From Octopus bimaculoides (Eukaryota), in NCBI RefSeq assembly GCF_001194135.2, contig NC_068983.1:157593674-157657673 (forward strand): DNA of 64,000 nucleotides. Reading direction: 5' to 3'. The notes below the pieces were generated by a model. The model did no database searches and had not been told where the DNA came from. It saw only the letters and a list, made by a program, of their open reading frames with translations. Shown one piece after another: positions 36,837-50,537 of the stretch (position 1 is its first letter; every line of letters starts with the position of its first letter). Position numbers and translations under genes: made by a program.

Positions 36837-38526
36837 CTGAAGGAAAGAAAATAATCATTTTAATAAAAAATCAAACTAAAAACAGTAAAAAATATTTTGT
36901 AATTTGACTAGATGTTTTTTAAGAAACTTTTACACAGTACAGGATATTCTTAACATTTTCAATGCAAACTATAAAATATACAAATTTTAACTTTGCCTCA
37001 TGAATCTTGGACACCAAAATTCACAATCAGGATTTTTTTTAGAAAATTGCAAATATTTTCTTGTTACATCATTATCATTTAACATCCGTGTTTCATGCTG
37101 GCTTGGATTGGATGGATTGACAAGATCCGGTGGGTCCAAGGACTGCATCATACTCTAGTGTCAGTTTTAGCATGGCATCTATAGCTGGATGCCCTTCCTA
37201 AAGCCAACCACTTTACAACATGTACTGGGTGCATTTTCGTGCTACCAGTTCTTGCAAGACTCCAAACCCTGAGAGGTTTGATAATAATTTAATAACATAT
37301 TTGATCAATCTCTTATGATAAAATAAGTGCTAACCAAAGTAATGGGGTCAGCATATTTGACTAAAACCCTTGAAGGCTGTACCCCAGCATTGCCACAGCC
37401 TAATGACTAAAACCATTAAAAAGAAGTTTTTAAATAATTTAAAAAAAAAATTTTAAGAAGAGGTTTACTTAATTAAGAAGTGATCCATACATACAAGCAT
37501 GTTCTCTCGTTCCTCTCTGAGCTGAGAGAGCCTACTCTTGTAGGAATGCAGGCACCGGTGCTATATAAAAGCACTCATGCTGGTACCACATAAAAGCACC
37601 CATGCTGGTGCCATGGAAAAGCGCATGTGCTCGTGTCACATAAAAGTGTCCATGCTGGTATCACATTAAAAGCCCCCAGTACACTCTGTAAAGTGGTTGG
37701 CATTGGGAGGGGCATGCCAAAGCACAAACGGAGCCTGGGCAGCTATCCAACTGCCAGCTCCTGTTGAACAACCCAACCCATGCTAGCATGGAGAACAGGC
37801 ATTAAATGATGATGACAATGATTAACAGTGAAAGATAAGGTTGATCAGGGTTGACTAACCAAAAAAATTGATCCTTTAAAAAGTTATTTCCCAAAGAAAG
37901 ATAAGAAATTTTTGAGAATGAATTATCAATATTGTATTTAAATCAAATAAAAAACAATTGCACTTATTACAATAGGCATCTAAAATAGTTAGCAAAAGCA
38001 AAGTACATACTAGCAAGTCATTCTATGAAGGATGACTTGTGGGGTTTTTTTTCTTTTTACCTGTGGAAGAGACAGACACAGGAAGATGTAGGACAAAGTG
38101 GTGAGAAATGATCTTCAGATGTTGAGCCTTACAGAGGAGAATAGAAAAGAACTGAGACTTCTAGTGATTTGCTGTACTTGAGGAGACACGTCAAGCTATG
38201 TCATCCACACATGCAGACATGTCCTTTATGGCCGTGCCCCCCCCCCCCACACGCTATCTGTCTACTGTCAAAANNNNNNNNNNCCCCCCCCCCCCACACG
38301 CTATCTGTCTACTGTCAAAACTCCCCTGCAACCTATGCAGAGATTGGGTTTTCATGTGAAATATTTGACTCAAATGGTGATGAAAATAATGAATAAATTT
38401 TGTCTAAAAAGCTCTGTAAAGTAGCTGATATGATATCCTGGTTAGAAGTATACCAAAAACGAAATTAGATTGTAAAAATTTGTTTTGTTCAAATTTCCAA
38501 ATATTACCATTACCAAAAATTAAAAT

Positions 38527-38786
38527 GTGCTGGACTGGCTCCTGTGCGGGTGGCACGTACAATACACCATTTTAAGCGTGGCCGTTGCCAGTACCACCTG
38601 ACTGGCCTTTGTGCCGGTGGCATGTAAAAGCACCCACTACACTCTCAGAGTAGTTGGCATTAGGAAGGGCATCCAGCTGTAGAAACTCTGCCAAATCAGA
38701 TTGGTTCACCAGTTCTCAGTCAAATCGTCCAACCCATGCTAGCATGGAAAGCAGACGTTAAACGATGATGATGATGATGATGATGA
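38527..38786 (+). mobile_element. RTE-derived (GAT)n-tailed short repeat; representative of about 20 copies in the window
   Basis: Conserved ggcattaggaagggcatccagctgtagaaac...gctagcatggaaagcagacgttaaacgatgatg. Other copies at ~7660, 9015, 16270, 24900, 37065, 37550, 43900, 46050, 53755, 58620, 59284, 60496 and 60740. Confidence 0.85.
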
Positions 38787-38820
38787 GTTGAGGAGCAAAT
38801 ATATTAACATTTTTATATAC

Positions 38821-38917
38821 CTGAACCCGTGATTCTTCATCAAACTTAGAAATTTCTGAAAAGAATTCTTTATTACTGACTGTTTCTTTATTAGCCCATT
38901 TAGAAAGCAATTTGGAC
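38821..38917 (-). CDS. JmjC gene exon 6: SKLLSKWANKETVSNKEFFSEISKFDEESRVQ
   Basis: Acceptor aattttccag; donor cag|gtatat; 97 nt bridges phase 2 to phase 0. Called mainly from splice signals and phase. Confidence 0.72.
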
Positions 38918-39909
38918 CTGGAAAATTAATAAAAAATATTTTGAAAAGTTAACAGAATACTCAAATTGAAAATAAATTTTTACAATATAATTATATAAAG
39001 TTACCTTTCTTTTCAAAAATCATCAATTTTCAACATTTATAAATAAAAGAATTATATTTTGAATTTACATTGAATATTGAAGAAAAACTTTAGGAACTTT
39101 ACAAAAGTTCAGCATCTGAGGACACACAAAATGTTGAAAATAATGGAAAAATTAAGATTGTGTAAGTACACTCTTTGCATACTAATTGTCTCAAACTAGA
39201 AGAGAATAGATGTCAGTTGAAAATGTGGGTTCAAGCAATTCATGCATGTATCTAAACTTGAAGAATGTGTACAAGCATTGAATATTAGGTCTAAAAATAT
39301 TATTTTGCTGTATTTTGCAGTATTTTCTAACTGTATCTTCAAGATACATTTATAAAATTACATTAATCTTTTAAGTATAGTATGTATCTTTGTCATCATG
39401 TACTTTTTAAATATAATATGTATCTTTGTCATCATGTAATTTATCCATATCTAATATGTCTTTAGTTAGTATTAATTACAAAAACAAATCTGGTGAAAAT
39501 TTGTGAAATCACTAGATTACAAAATAGTTCAGCTTTTAAAGGTATGCAAAATTTGCAGAGTTGATTGTTAATAAAAATTTTGTTTGGGAACTTCTCCAAA
39601 ACGTTTATCAAAGTTTCCCTAACTCACTTTTATTTTTCTTTAATATAAATTAAGATGAATATATTTTTTGAATACCATATACAGTTAAATAAAAGTTGAA
39701 TTTTTAGGATCAGCTAAATTTCATGGATCAGTTATAATACTGATTTGGGAAACTGACATGCAAGGTACAATCTAAAATACCACCATATCAGTAATAGAGA
39801 TTTAAATCATCTAAATGAACAAAAGAAGAAATATCAAAACAGAAAAACTCAATGTATTATTGGAATAACAGCAATAATTATCTAGTATACATGGTCTAAT
39901 CAATAAGTA

Positions 39910-40470
39910 TACGGACTGTTGCTATTAGTAATGAAGCTAAAGCACGCAGAGTGAAGCTACTAGGCACAGATTGACTTTGAACTCTGTTATGCATGCGCAC
40001 TAAGTTTTAACATTCTAGCTCACTTCTGCTGTTTACAGCAGTGCTTGGAATATATGTGTAGCATTGATCATGATAGGGAAAGTTGAGCAGAGAATCTGCA
40101 TCAAATTTTGCCAAAAGTTTGGCAATACTTGGTCAGAGGCCTATGCAAAGCTTTCAAAAAGTTTTCATCATTCTCGACACAATCAAGATCTTGTGCAACT
40201 GAAACCTGAGTATCTTTTTGATTAGCTGAAAGCAGTTTTGGACTGAACTGAACCATAACTAATCTGCCCATCCTCTGATAACTCACAAATGGTGATTCGA
40301 TGATTTCCCCTAACAGCTTCAATAATTTGTAATCAGCAGATGGAAGAAAGCTACATGATAACCAGTAATCTTTTTTTACCTGCCGATTACAAATTAAGAA
40401 AATACTAGTATGCAATCATCTAGATAAGAAGGCAGCCGTTATGTAACCTTCATTCTCTGTTGAAGTGCTA
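39910..40470 (+). mobile_element. Decayed mariner transposase 5' fragment (~)
   Basis: ATG at 40070 gives MIGKVEQRICIKFCQKFGNTWSEAYAKLSKSF, matching the mariner N-terminal 'EQR..IKFC..LG...E...L' HTH motif. Confidence 0.55.
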
Positions 40471-41899
40471 CATCATTCCATCTCATGAACCTTGTGCATC
40501 TTTTGGCACTTATCTTAAAATTCCAAATTCTGTCCTTGGATTTCTTTTGTGCAAAGATTCAAATGGCATAAATTATACATTTGCTATCTCAACAATTTGA
40601 TTTCCAAGTACCCACACATTAACTTTCTTTTCTCCAATTGTGGTCACTTTCAAGGCTGATCTTTGTCAGCACAATTGTCTGTTACAATGTCTGAAGCTTG
40701 TTCAATATCTTTCTCCACTTTCTCCAGTCTTTCACACATTTCTCCAAAATATCAAATTCGCTTGCTGCAACAGTCAATTGTCTTCATGACAATTTCATTA
40801 GCCTTTAGATCGAATGCATGTATGTGTGTATGTATGTAACAAGAGAAGTAAATTTCAGTTTCCTCTTAGGTTATAGTCTTGATATTTAATACTCTTGATT
40901 GAGTTAATTGTTTTGTGCTGTATTGATATGCAAATTAAAAGTCAATGATTAGATATTTATATATATATACACACACAAATATATATATAAACATTATGAA
41001 TTGTTTGTCCTAAAGATACAAATAAATTTGTAACTTAACCTCAAGTGCTTAGATTTCCTCTACACAGTTCACCAGAAATCTAGTTTCCATGTGGCAGGTG
41101 ACAAACCCTAAAGAATTTAACCCAAAGTTTAAGGCATGGTTACCCTAAACCTGGTTTAGCTGGCCTACTAATGCTGTTATTCAATAGAGGACATGCTGCT
41201 GCATGCAGATTATTCATGGAGCCGTAGGTGAGAGCTGGATGCCAAGTTGAAGCCAGTGGCAAATGAGTTGTCCTAAAAAGAAATTAGTGGGATCTCTACT
41301 GAAGGTAGTGTTCCTCCCTCATACTCATACTGAACTAAATATGCGTACATTACATACATTTTTGTTCATTTAATTACTACACAGAATTAGGACCACATCT
41401 TGGCTATTTTGATTTTGTGAATATTATGACTTAGAGATTTTGTTCACAGCATAGCTGTTGACAAAGATAATGCTTTTCGTTTGTTTTTCTTTTTTTAAAT
41501 AGAAAGATGTTGCTGGCTTGTTTTCATCGGTTTTGCCAAATCCAACTTATGGTATTAGAGTATCAATTGAACATTTGAAGATTCACCAATTAGGTCAGAT
41601 AAGGATTAAATAAACAGTTAAATAAACAGTTAAATAAATTTCAAGTAAAGCCAAATCAATGCATCAGTAAAGTTATGTCTTCTCATCAATATTACATAAA
41701 GAACAACAGTTTCACTTATGGTTTGTCAAAATGTAAGACAGTATTTCTCCAGATATGCAATTTCTCTACAAAACAATAAATGATATTCTTTATATCTGAA
41801 TGTCTGCTGTAAGTAGATGTACTGATAAATACATTTTCTAAAATTCAAAATGGTATTGAACTAAATTTCAGCAAATAATTGTCTTGAAAATGTTCTTAC

Positions 41900-42064
41900 C
41901 TGACTTGTTCATTATTCGATTGTACTGCCAATTGTTCCAGAGTTAATGAACTACTTTTTATCTCTGTTGAGTCACAGTTGGATTTATTAAGCCACCATAA
42001 GTGACTGAACCAATAATTGATGCCCAAATTTCTAGCATTACTGGATCGGAATTGGTGATACCAA
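41900..42064 (-). CDS. JmjC gene exon 5: WYHQFRSSNARNLGINYWFSHLWWLNKSNCDSTEIKSSSLTLEQLAVQSNNEQV(R)
   Basis: Contains the distal His (WYHQ) and RN..IN.W. Donor ag|gtaaga at 41900/41899. The acceptor (attgattgaag) is pyrimidine-poor. Confidence 0.88.
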
Positions 42065-43526
42065 CTTCAATCAATATTTCAGGTAAAAAATTTTTTTAAA
42101 TAAAATCAGTGTTAAATTTTGAATTAAAAATGAAATTATTTAATTTAAGATATTCTTTTTTTAAACATTATTTTCAAAGGTTGCACATTAGAAAAAAAAG
42201 GTACTTAATCACTATGTTTAGACTCAGCTAAATACCCGAATAACATTTTAGAAATTCATTTGATGTTTTGGTGTATTTCTTTATGTAACCAATCTTAAAT
42301 TTCTTCCAGTAAATGGCTAAGAGTAGAATATCTGTGAATAACTATCTCATATTTAAATTTCTCAGGAAATGCACTAGTACATACTTGACTAAACTGCCAA
42401 TATGACACTTAAAATAGAAGCAAATATTTTTACAAACTTTAAGAATAAGACAATGTATTTAATAAAAAGACTTTCTCATTAAATACATTGCTAATATTTA
42501 TGTTATTTTCACAGCTCTTATAACCAAAATGAAGCTCATTTCTCTTATTGTCAATTAAATTACAAAAAGCGGAGGCTTCTTCTTATCTACTTTGTCAAAA
42601 TACTCACTCTCTCTCTCATCTGTTTCATAACATCATTGTAGTCATACATACATAAATTCCCCTTGTTAATGCAGTAGCTTTGTTTTTCTAGCAGCAAATA
42701 CTAATACTTCTATAGCAGTTATAACCAATAATAGTTTTTGTTGGAACTTCTGAGAGGGATTGTCATTACTATACATTGAAATATTTGAACTAGTGACTCC
42801 ATCTTGGCTGTTATTAAACAATGTTTTGGCTGTTGTAACCTTTAGCTTTATTCAGATGTCGTATTTAGTTATTGAATATGTTAGGCATCTGAAGAAGGTC
42901 AGATGGTAAAACAGCTGAAGCACTGAAATTATAACAATCAAGATGAGGATTGTTATCTGAATATATCAGGTGTACAATTGTACACCTGATAATCTGAATA
43001 TGTAACTAGCCTAGAAAGTTGCTGTAAAGATAACAAAGCTGAAATTTACAGAACATTCACTTCTGTGTTTCAAATCTCATTAAGATTTAGTTCTTCATTT
43101 CCATAAAGGTCAAAGTTATAAGCATTACATAGACTTCTTTACCGTCATTTTAGTTCTATGCTTGCATAGATTGGACAAAATATCCATTCATCTTTGAGTG
43201 ATTATATGTCATTTTCTTGTACATTCATGCTGACACGAACTGGATGATTTCTTAATTTAGAATTCAAGGAATAAATATGATATACTGTTAACCATTCACT
43301 GAAAGTAGTTTATATTTTCAACTAAGCTGAAGTGAACAGAATAATGAGTTAAAGAACACAATGCATAGATAAAGTGAAGATATGAGCTCTTGAAAGTTAC
43401 ATAACTAGTAGAGGTACAGCCACTGTACCTGAAATATTTAACAGAAAATATATATATAAATTACAAATTACATTCCCTAGTTTAATTTAATAATCAAAAG
43501 TTGATACAATATACATTTTGACTTAC

Positions 43527-43687
43527 CCATGAGGTATGTAAAGACAATCTCCTTTATCTAAAACTGCAGTAGACCAATTCACTTGTTGTAATTTAGGGAA
43601 CTTTTTCAGATTTACAGCATCAACATCAACTTTACTGAAAGACCCTTCTTGCATAAAGCCATTTGCTTCAATCAACTCCTTCTGAGC
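43527..43687 (-). CDS. JmjC gene exon 4: AQKELIEANGFMQEGSFSKVDVDAVNLKKFPKLQQVNWSTAVLDKGDCLYIPH(G)
   Basis: Acceptor tattcttag; donor gg|gtaagt; the S.VD....D...FP and L..GDCLYIP cupin-8 motifs. Confidence 0.92.
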
Positions 43688-46600
43688 CTAAGAATATAAA
43701 TGTTTGAGTTCTACTTTGAACATACAATTAAAAAGTTATAAGATCAAATCTTGTTGATTGTTTATGAAAAAGGTTTGAAATTACAATGTTTCTTGTTCCT
43801 TGCCATACTCCCCCAGACTCCCCTCTTACCATTCCCTCATCTCTCAGCCTATGATCATCATCCATTCTCTCTTTCATTTTCGTTACAGGAGCCTTCCAAG
43901 TCATGAGAGCTGGTGTCATGTATAAAACGGCTGGCATTAGAAAGGGCATCCAGCCATAGAAACTATGCAAAGGAAGACATTGGTGCATGATGCAGCCATC
44001 AGACTCAAAATGCCATGTCAAACTGTCCATCCCATGGTGGCATGGAAGACAGGTGTTAAATGATGATAATGATGATGCAAATTATAACATAAAAGTTCAC
44101 ATATTCCACTTAGGTACTTATTTAATCAACTTGAATGAAAAATCAATGTGAAAACATAAGTGAATGTGAGGTATTGCACAGTTATTCTTGATCATCATAA
44201 ACAAATTAACCTAAATATCAATGAACCCCCCCCCCCCAAAAAAAAACCCAAATAAAATAAGATACAAGCATAGTTGTAAGGTTACAGAGTTCACCTTATA
44301 GCCTTATGTAGTTTCAGGTTCCATCACACTGTGTGGCACCTTGGGCTAGGGTCCACTTTAACCCTGGCTTGACCAATGTTTTGTGAAGACAATTGAATAA
44401 ACTGAAATTGTACAGAAGCCTATTATGTGTATGTGAGTGTTTATTTTCACGTGTCTTCATATTGACACCATATGAGCAATACTGATATTACATTTGCATC
44501 TTGTGTAAACAATATGTCCTGTAATTTGGTAGTTTTGTTAGTTCTGACATGTGAAAACTACTGGATTAAAAACACCTTACTTGAAAAACAAATACAGGTT
44601 GGCAACAGGAAGGCATCTAGTCATTGTATACTCCCTCAATAAATCTCATCTCATCTAACCCATGCCAGGATGGGGAAAAGAGAATGAATCATGAATGAAA
44701 AAAGAAAATATGGTACCACTTTAGCATGTAGTCTACCTGGCCATTTACACTTTAGCATGCAGTCTACCCTAAACCCTTAACTCATATTAAGTAACTTCAC
44801 AGCATAGACTGTGGATACTGCAGTAGACTGGAGTAGCACCAAAAATATATAAAATGAATGGATGATGAGGAAAATGTAGAGTTTTAATTTTATGTGGAAT
44901 TGTTAACATGATCTGGATGCTTATTGAAGTTAGATTCATTTAATAATAGACATCAAAGGTAAATGATAAAAAAAAATTATTCAGGAAGAAACTAAATTAA
45001 AACAGAGTATAAACATAAGTTTTGGTTTGTAGATCTCACAGCTTAACATGGCTAAGTAGTCAGTCAAAATGGAGATACATGTGCATAGAATAAAAGGTCA
45101 TATACAAGTAGGTAGAAAAAGTATTCACAAAAAAAAAAACAAAGAACTTCTGCACAACACACACACACAGAGTCATGAATATATTTTACATAGTGTAAAC
45201 ATTATCTGACTAGAACACAATGCATATTTGATATATGTATTATATCAAAAGTCAGCAGTTTACTTTGTGTTACCTACTTGGCTGTTCATAACATTCAAGA
45301 AGAGCCAAAGGTAAAACTGAGATCTGACTGTACAGGAATGTAACTGTTTTCATTAGGTTCTTATAAAACGATGTATGTTGGAGAAGTGCTGTGCACTGAC
45401 AGTTTAAGGTGCCCACAACATAGAAAAAACAGGAAGAAATAGTGAGGTCATATCTGAAATTGGTAAACTTCTCATATAAAATTACAAAGGATACAACTTG
45501 TGTTAGTATGCCAAATTTGATGAACTAATGCATGATAGATAAAGCAGATATCATGTGGACTATGGTGATGATATACAGACATATTTTCTTTTCCTTTTAT
45601 TCTCTTATATGCTCTAAGTAGTTCGACAAAATATCAAAATCATTAAAAGTGTATCACATAGAATCCTTATTGAATAAGTGGTTTCAAAATCAAGGAAAAT
45701 ATTTATAAACAAAAGTAAAAAAAAAAGGAGAGAATCAGACAGAAAAAGAATGAAAAATAATAAATATACATATATGGATCCAACTCATTCCAGCTGACAC
45801 AGGGGCATTTGAGAGAAACAAGATTGCTTTTGGGCCTTGAAAAGAGTGTGGGATCTTGCAAAGTTCAAATAGGGATTTTATTTATAATTTTTATTACAAA
45901 ATTTTTTTTTTGGAGGGAGTAGTCCAGCAGATAGTCACGGGCATAGGCTCTTGGAGCCAGACGGATATATTGGCTAAATCCCACTCTTATAGACTCCTGA
46001 ATGGACATAAAGGAATGACAATAGATAGATATACAGATAGATTAGATTAAACAGACTGCATTGGTGCCATGTAAAAAGCACCTAGTATACTCCGTAAAAT
46101 GGTTGGTGTTAGGAAGGGCATCCAGCAGTAGAAACCTTGCCAAAACAGACAATTGGAGCCTTGTGCAGCTCTCCAGCTTCCCAGCTCCTGTCAAGCCACC
46201 CAGTTCACGCCAGTGTGGAAAATGGACATAAAATGATGAAGATGATGATGAGACAAACAGACAGATAGATTGATAGATAGAAAACTGCAAGTTTAAACAA
46301 AATTAGAAAATTATAGAAATCATAAAAACTTTCATCATTAGATGTGCAACAAAATCTAACATTTCTGAAATTATAGAAACGGTGATTTCACAGAGTGAAC
46401 AAAATTTAAGAAAGAAGGTGCTCATAAACACATACAAGCAGAGAGCAAGGTATCTTAAGGACAAATATTAAACCTTTGTAGATTTGTTTTGCTCTAGATC
46501 TCTAACACCACAGATATCACATAACACTCATGCAGAGTTTAGCTATACAAGATGTATTTGACAGTCAAGTTATAACCTTTAGTTGTTAATTCTACACTTG

Positions 46601-46699
46601 TCTGATTAAAAGTTCTACTGTGGTACCAATTGAGATAGGTAATGTCAGCAACAGACTCGATCCTTTAGAATTTATTAGAGCTTATTCGCTACTATTTAC

Positions 46700-47082
46700 T
46701 ATTTACTATTTTACTTGTTTCAGTCTTTTGACTGTGGCCATGCTGGAGCACCGCCTTTAGTCGAGCAAATCGACCCCAGGACTTATTCTTTGGAAGCCTA
46801 GTACTTATTCTATCGGTCTCTTTTGCCGAACCGCTAAGTTACGGGGATATAAACACACCAGCATCGGTTGTCAAGCGATGTTGGGGGGACAAACACAGAC
46901 ACACACATATATATATACATATATACGACGGGCTTCTTTCAGTTTCTATCTACCAAATCTACTCACAAGGCGTTGGTTGGCCCGAGGCTATAGTAGAAGA
47001 CACTTGCCCAAGATGCCACGCAGTGGGACTGAACCCGGGACCATGTGGTTGGTAAGGAAGCTACTTACCACACAGCCACTCC
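46700..47082 (-). mobile_element. Intact-looking tRNA-head SINE
   Basis: Minus strand begins ggagtggctgtgtggtaagtagc...gggttcagtccc (A/B boxes) and ends in a (TAGTAAA)n tail. Confidence 0.85.
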
Positions 47083-47776
47083 TTTTTGTAATAATCAATC
47101 TTATTTATTGTAGTTTTATGTTTTCTGTATTTCCTTCAGAATTTCCCCTGAGTGTTCTTTATGGAAGTGATTGAAATGTATGTTTTATCTAAGATTTTAG
47201 TCTTTTGCATGTGTGGCATGTTGGTTTTCATTATGCAAAATACTACCAACGTCTTAAAAGTGAAATAGGTAAGGAAGTTGGTAGTAATTTTCTTTTCTTC
47301 TGTGCTACTGTTAGTCTGCCGTAATGGAGTCAGAATTCTGATTTTATAAGCATAGGTATGGTTGTGAGGTTAGAAATCTTGCTTTGCAAACATGTGATTC
47401 TGGATTTGAGCAACTTGTGTAGCACTTCAGGTAAGTGTTACCCATTACAGACACAGGTTGACCAATACCTTGTGAATGGAATTTGGTCAAATGGAAACTA
47501 TACAGAAGCCTGTTATGTGTATAGATGTGTTTTTGTACATGTTTTTGTGTTGTTGTTTATGCAGTGTCTCTTTACATCTCACAACTTAGTGATTCAACAG
47601 AGTTCAATGGAATTAGTAGAGAGGTTGATATGGTTGACTAAATCCTCAGGAGTGATACTCCAGCATGATCACAGCCACAGTCCAATGTTGAAACTAGTTG
47701 AAAAAGAAATATAGAGTAAAAAAAAAGGTTGTTGTTTAGCCTCAAGTTAACCCTCACTGAACAAACTTATGATCAA

Positions 47777-48046
47777 AAATTCCCGTTAGAAATATATAGT
47801 TTTCAAAGTGACAACTAGTCACTGATTTATAAATTAGAAAATTACTATTTTTAAATCTCACAATGTGAGATATTCAGCAACATTCGTCCTAAACCAGGAC
47901 TGCCATGTTATGTTGGCAAACAATCTTTACTCCAAAGTACTGTTGCTGAATATCTCTCGTTGTGAGATTTAAAAATAGTAATTTTCTAATTTATAAATCA
48001 GTGACTAGTTGTCACTTTGAAAATTATATATTTCTAACGGGAATTT
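47777..48046. repeat. Fold-back element: 105-bp inverted arms (3 mismatches) around a 60-bp spacer
   Basis: 47777-47881 vs 47942-48046, compared base by base. Confidence 0.92.
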
Positions 48047-48568
48047 GGCAGCGCCACCTCTAGCCAAACAATTATTCTATGCTGATGAAGGGAAATAACC
48101 CGGATATCGTGATACACAGATATTGTTTTGAGCTGAGTGGGGGTGCTAGATTCCCTTGTTCAAAAATATGACACAGATCATGTCATATAACCAGCTGGAG
48201 ACGATGTCTCCTGGGGCTTAGTTGCAGCAACATTTAAAATGGGTTTTAAAAGGAGTAATTTTCTAACAATAAATTCTTAACTATTCATGAATTTAGCATG
48301 TAATTAACCTTGTTGACAGAGTATCAATAGAACAGAATGGATTGGCTAAAAGTTATGCAACTTCAATTTGTCATTACTGCTATATTCAAAAGTTGCTAGG
48401 GATTAAATGTAACTTACATTTCAATGTTAAAGTTGGATAAAGCAGGCCACCACTACTAGTCTTATGAAATCTCTTCTTGGAGAAGATCTGCCACTTCAAA
48501 GAGGAAGTTACAAAAAAAAAAAAATAATGAGGGATCTCAGACAATAACATATACTGTTTACATTTTAA

Positions 48569-48791
48569 CCCTTTCGTTACCATATTTCTATTGAAATATG
48601 CTGCCTTTGTTTCAATTAATTTTAGCAATAAAGAAGAATTTAGTTAAATAACTTTGTTGTTATTCAGCTGGTACTTGGAACATGAATTAATATAAAAATT
48701 TTGATGGAAGGTTTTAATTTATATAACTTTAAAACAGGAAACTTGTATCATAGAACCAAGGGCATTGTCCAGTAGGTTGATATCAAAAGGG
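48569..48791. mobile_element. piggyBac-like MITE with TTAA target duplication
   Basis: TTAA|CCCTTT...AAAGGG|TTAA; the internal sequence is related to 28190-28420. Confidence 0.75.
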
Positions 48792-49089
48792 TTAACATAG
48801 AAAATTAATACATGTAAAATACTAATAACAAAATTTACATGCATGCATGCAAAGCTTATACAGTTACGGAGAAGGAAGTACACAGAGATGAGCTAAGTGA
48901 TGCAGTGAAATAAACTTTAACAGAGAAGGAAAAGGATAAAAATGAAATGAAGAGTGAAAAAATAGAGGGAAGAGAGATTTTGCAAAAAAAAAAAAAAAAT
49001 TCTAGTCAAAAATAAAAGAAAACACAAAAAAAAAACAATACTAAAAGTTTGCATTCTTGAAAAAAAATCATTCATTGTCCATACTTAAC

Positions 49090-49259
49090 CTTATTAAAAA
49101 GAAGAACAACTTTCTGACCATCTAATACACAATTGATGTTGTCCATATCATCAAAGTGTAATACAGACCGGGTATTACCATTGCTTAACCATAAGACACT
49201 GTCTTGTAATACCTTTTGGAAACCACCACAATTCAATAAAAGTGGAACTGTAACTTCAT
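49090..49259 (-). CDS. JmjC gene exon 3: (D)EVTVPLLLNCGGFQKVLQDSVLWLSNGNTRSVLHFDDMDNINCVLDGQKVVLLFNK
   Basis: Acceptor aatttccag; donor aag|gttaag. Contains the HxD iron ligands and the conserved 2OG-binding Lys position (DGQK). Confidence 0.92.
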
Positions 49260-49559
49260 CTGGAAATTAAAAGAAAAAAATTTGTAATACAAAGGAAAAA
49301 AAAAAGTAAACTTAGAAAGAAAAGAAAGAAAACAAAACAAAAAATAAATAAAAAGAAATGCATCACCAAAAATAGAGAAATTAAAAGAAAAAAAGAAATC
49401 TGGTTATAGAGAAGAAAGTCTTTTAAATGTTTTTGACATTTATTAATCACTTTAGAATGCATTATTACATTTTAGCAAGCAAGCTGAATATTAATGTTAA
49501 TGCCTAGTTCTCATAGCAGAATTAGCCAAAAATGTAGAGATGAAGTTCCATACTTGGAA

Positions 49560-50496
49560 AGAAAACCTAGAATTAAGATGCCTCAAAGTAAACACCTAGA
49601 AAAGACTCAATGTGTAATTAGCAGGGAAGAAGACAAGGTCCTGCTGTGGACTGGAAAGTGGTCATGCGCATTATGCAGAAAAAGTGTAAGTAGGAAATTC
49701 ATATGATGTAGCTCGTGTGAAGAAGAAATGTAGAGTGATTACAAGCAGGTTAAAAGGGAAGGTAAGATTTATGTATTACAGACGTACAGGAGTAGTGAGC
49801 AGCAAGAAGAAATGCAGAATTTTATTCCTTGGAATGCTTTTAAGGGTCCCTAGAATTAGTTGATAGCACTCGTTACCTAAGTGAGCTAATTAGTAGTAGA
49901 GGAGAATGTTCTGAAAGCATATCTACCAAATAAGAATGAGGTAGAAAATAGTTTCGAGAGCAATTATTAATTCTATAGGGGATTTTTTTTCTCAGAGTGA
50001 AGGTTAGAGTATACAATGCATAGATATGAAATTTGATACAGCTTAGTGGTGCAGGATTTGAAAACATTGGAAAGAAATGAAGTAAGCATGCTTTATTGGA
50101 TGTGTAATGTTAATGGGTGTGGAGGCGCAATGGCCCAGTGGTTAGGGCAGCGCTCTCGTGGTCATAGGATCGTGGTTTCGAATCCCAGACCGGGCGTTGT
50201 GAGTGTTTATTGAGCGAAAACACCTAAAGCTCCACGAGGCTCCGGCAGGGGATGGTGGCAAACCCTGCTGTACTCTTCCACCACAGCTTTCTCTCACTCT
50301 TACTTCCTGTTTCTGTTGTGCCTGTACTTCAAAGGGTCAGCCTTGTCACACTGTGTCACGCTGAATATCCCCGAGAACTACGTTAAGGGTACACGTGTCT
50401 GTGGAGTGCTCAGCCACTTGCACATTAATTTCACGAGCAGGCTGTTCCGTTGATCGGATCAACTGGAACCCTCGACGTGGTAAGCGACGGAGTGCC

Positions 50497-50537
<41 letters not shown>

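Noticed and set aside
40101-40415. 104-aa minus-strand ORF as a candidate JmjC exon 6
   Set aside because: It overlaps a plus-strand mariner remnant. The exon at 38917-38821 has proper splice sites and the required phases.
50119-50200. tRNA gene candidates (also ~10265-10343, ~47000-47082 and ~18545-18620)
   Set aside because: They are tRNA-like heads of SINEs, continuous with SINE bodies, tails and TSDs.
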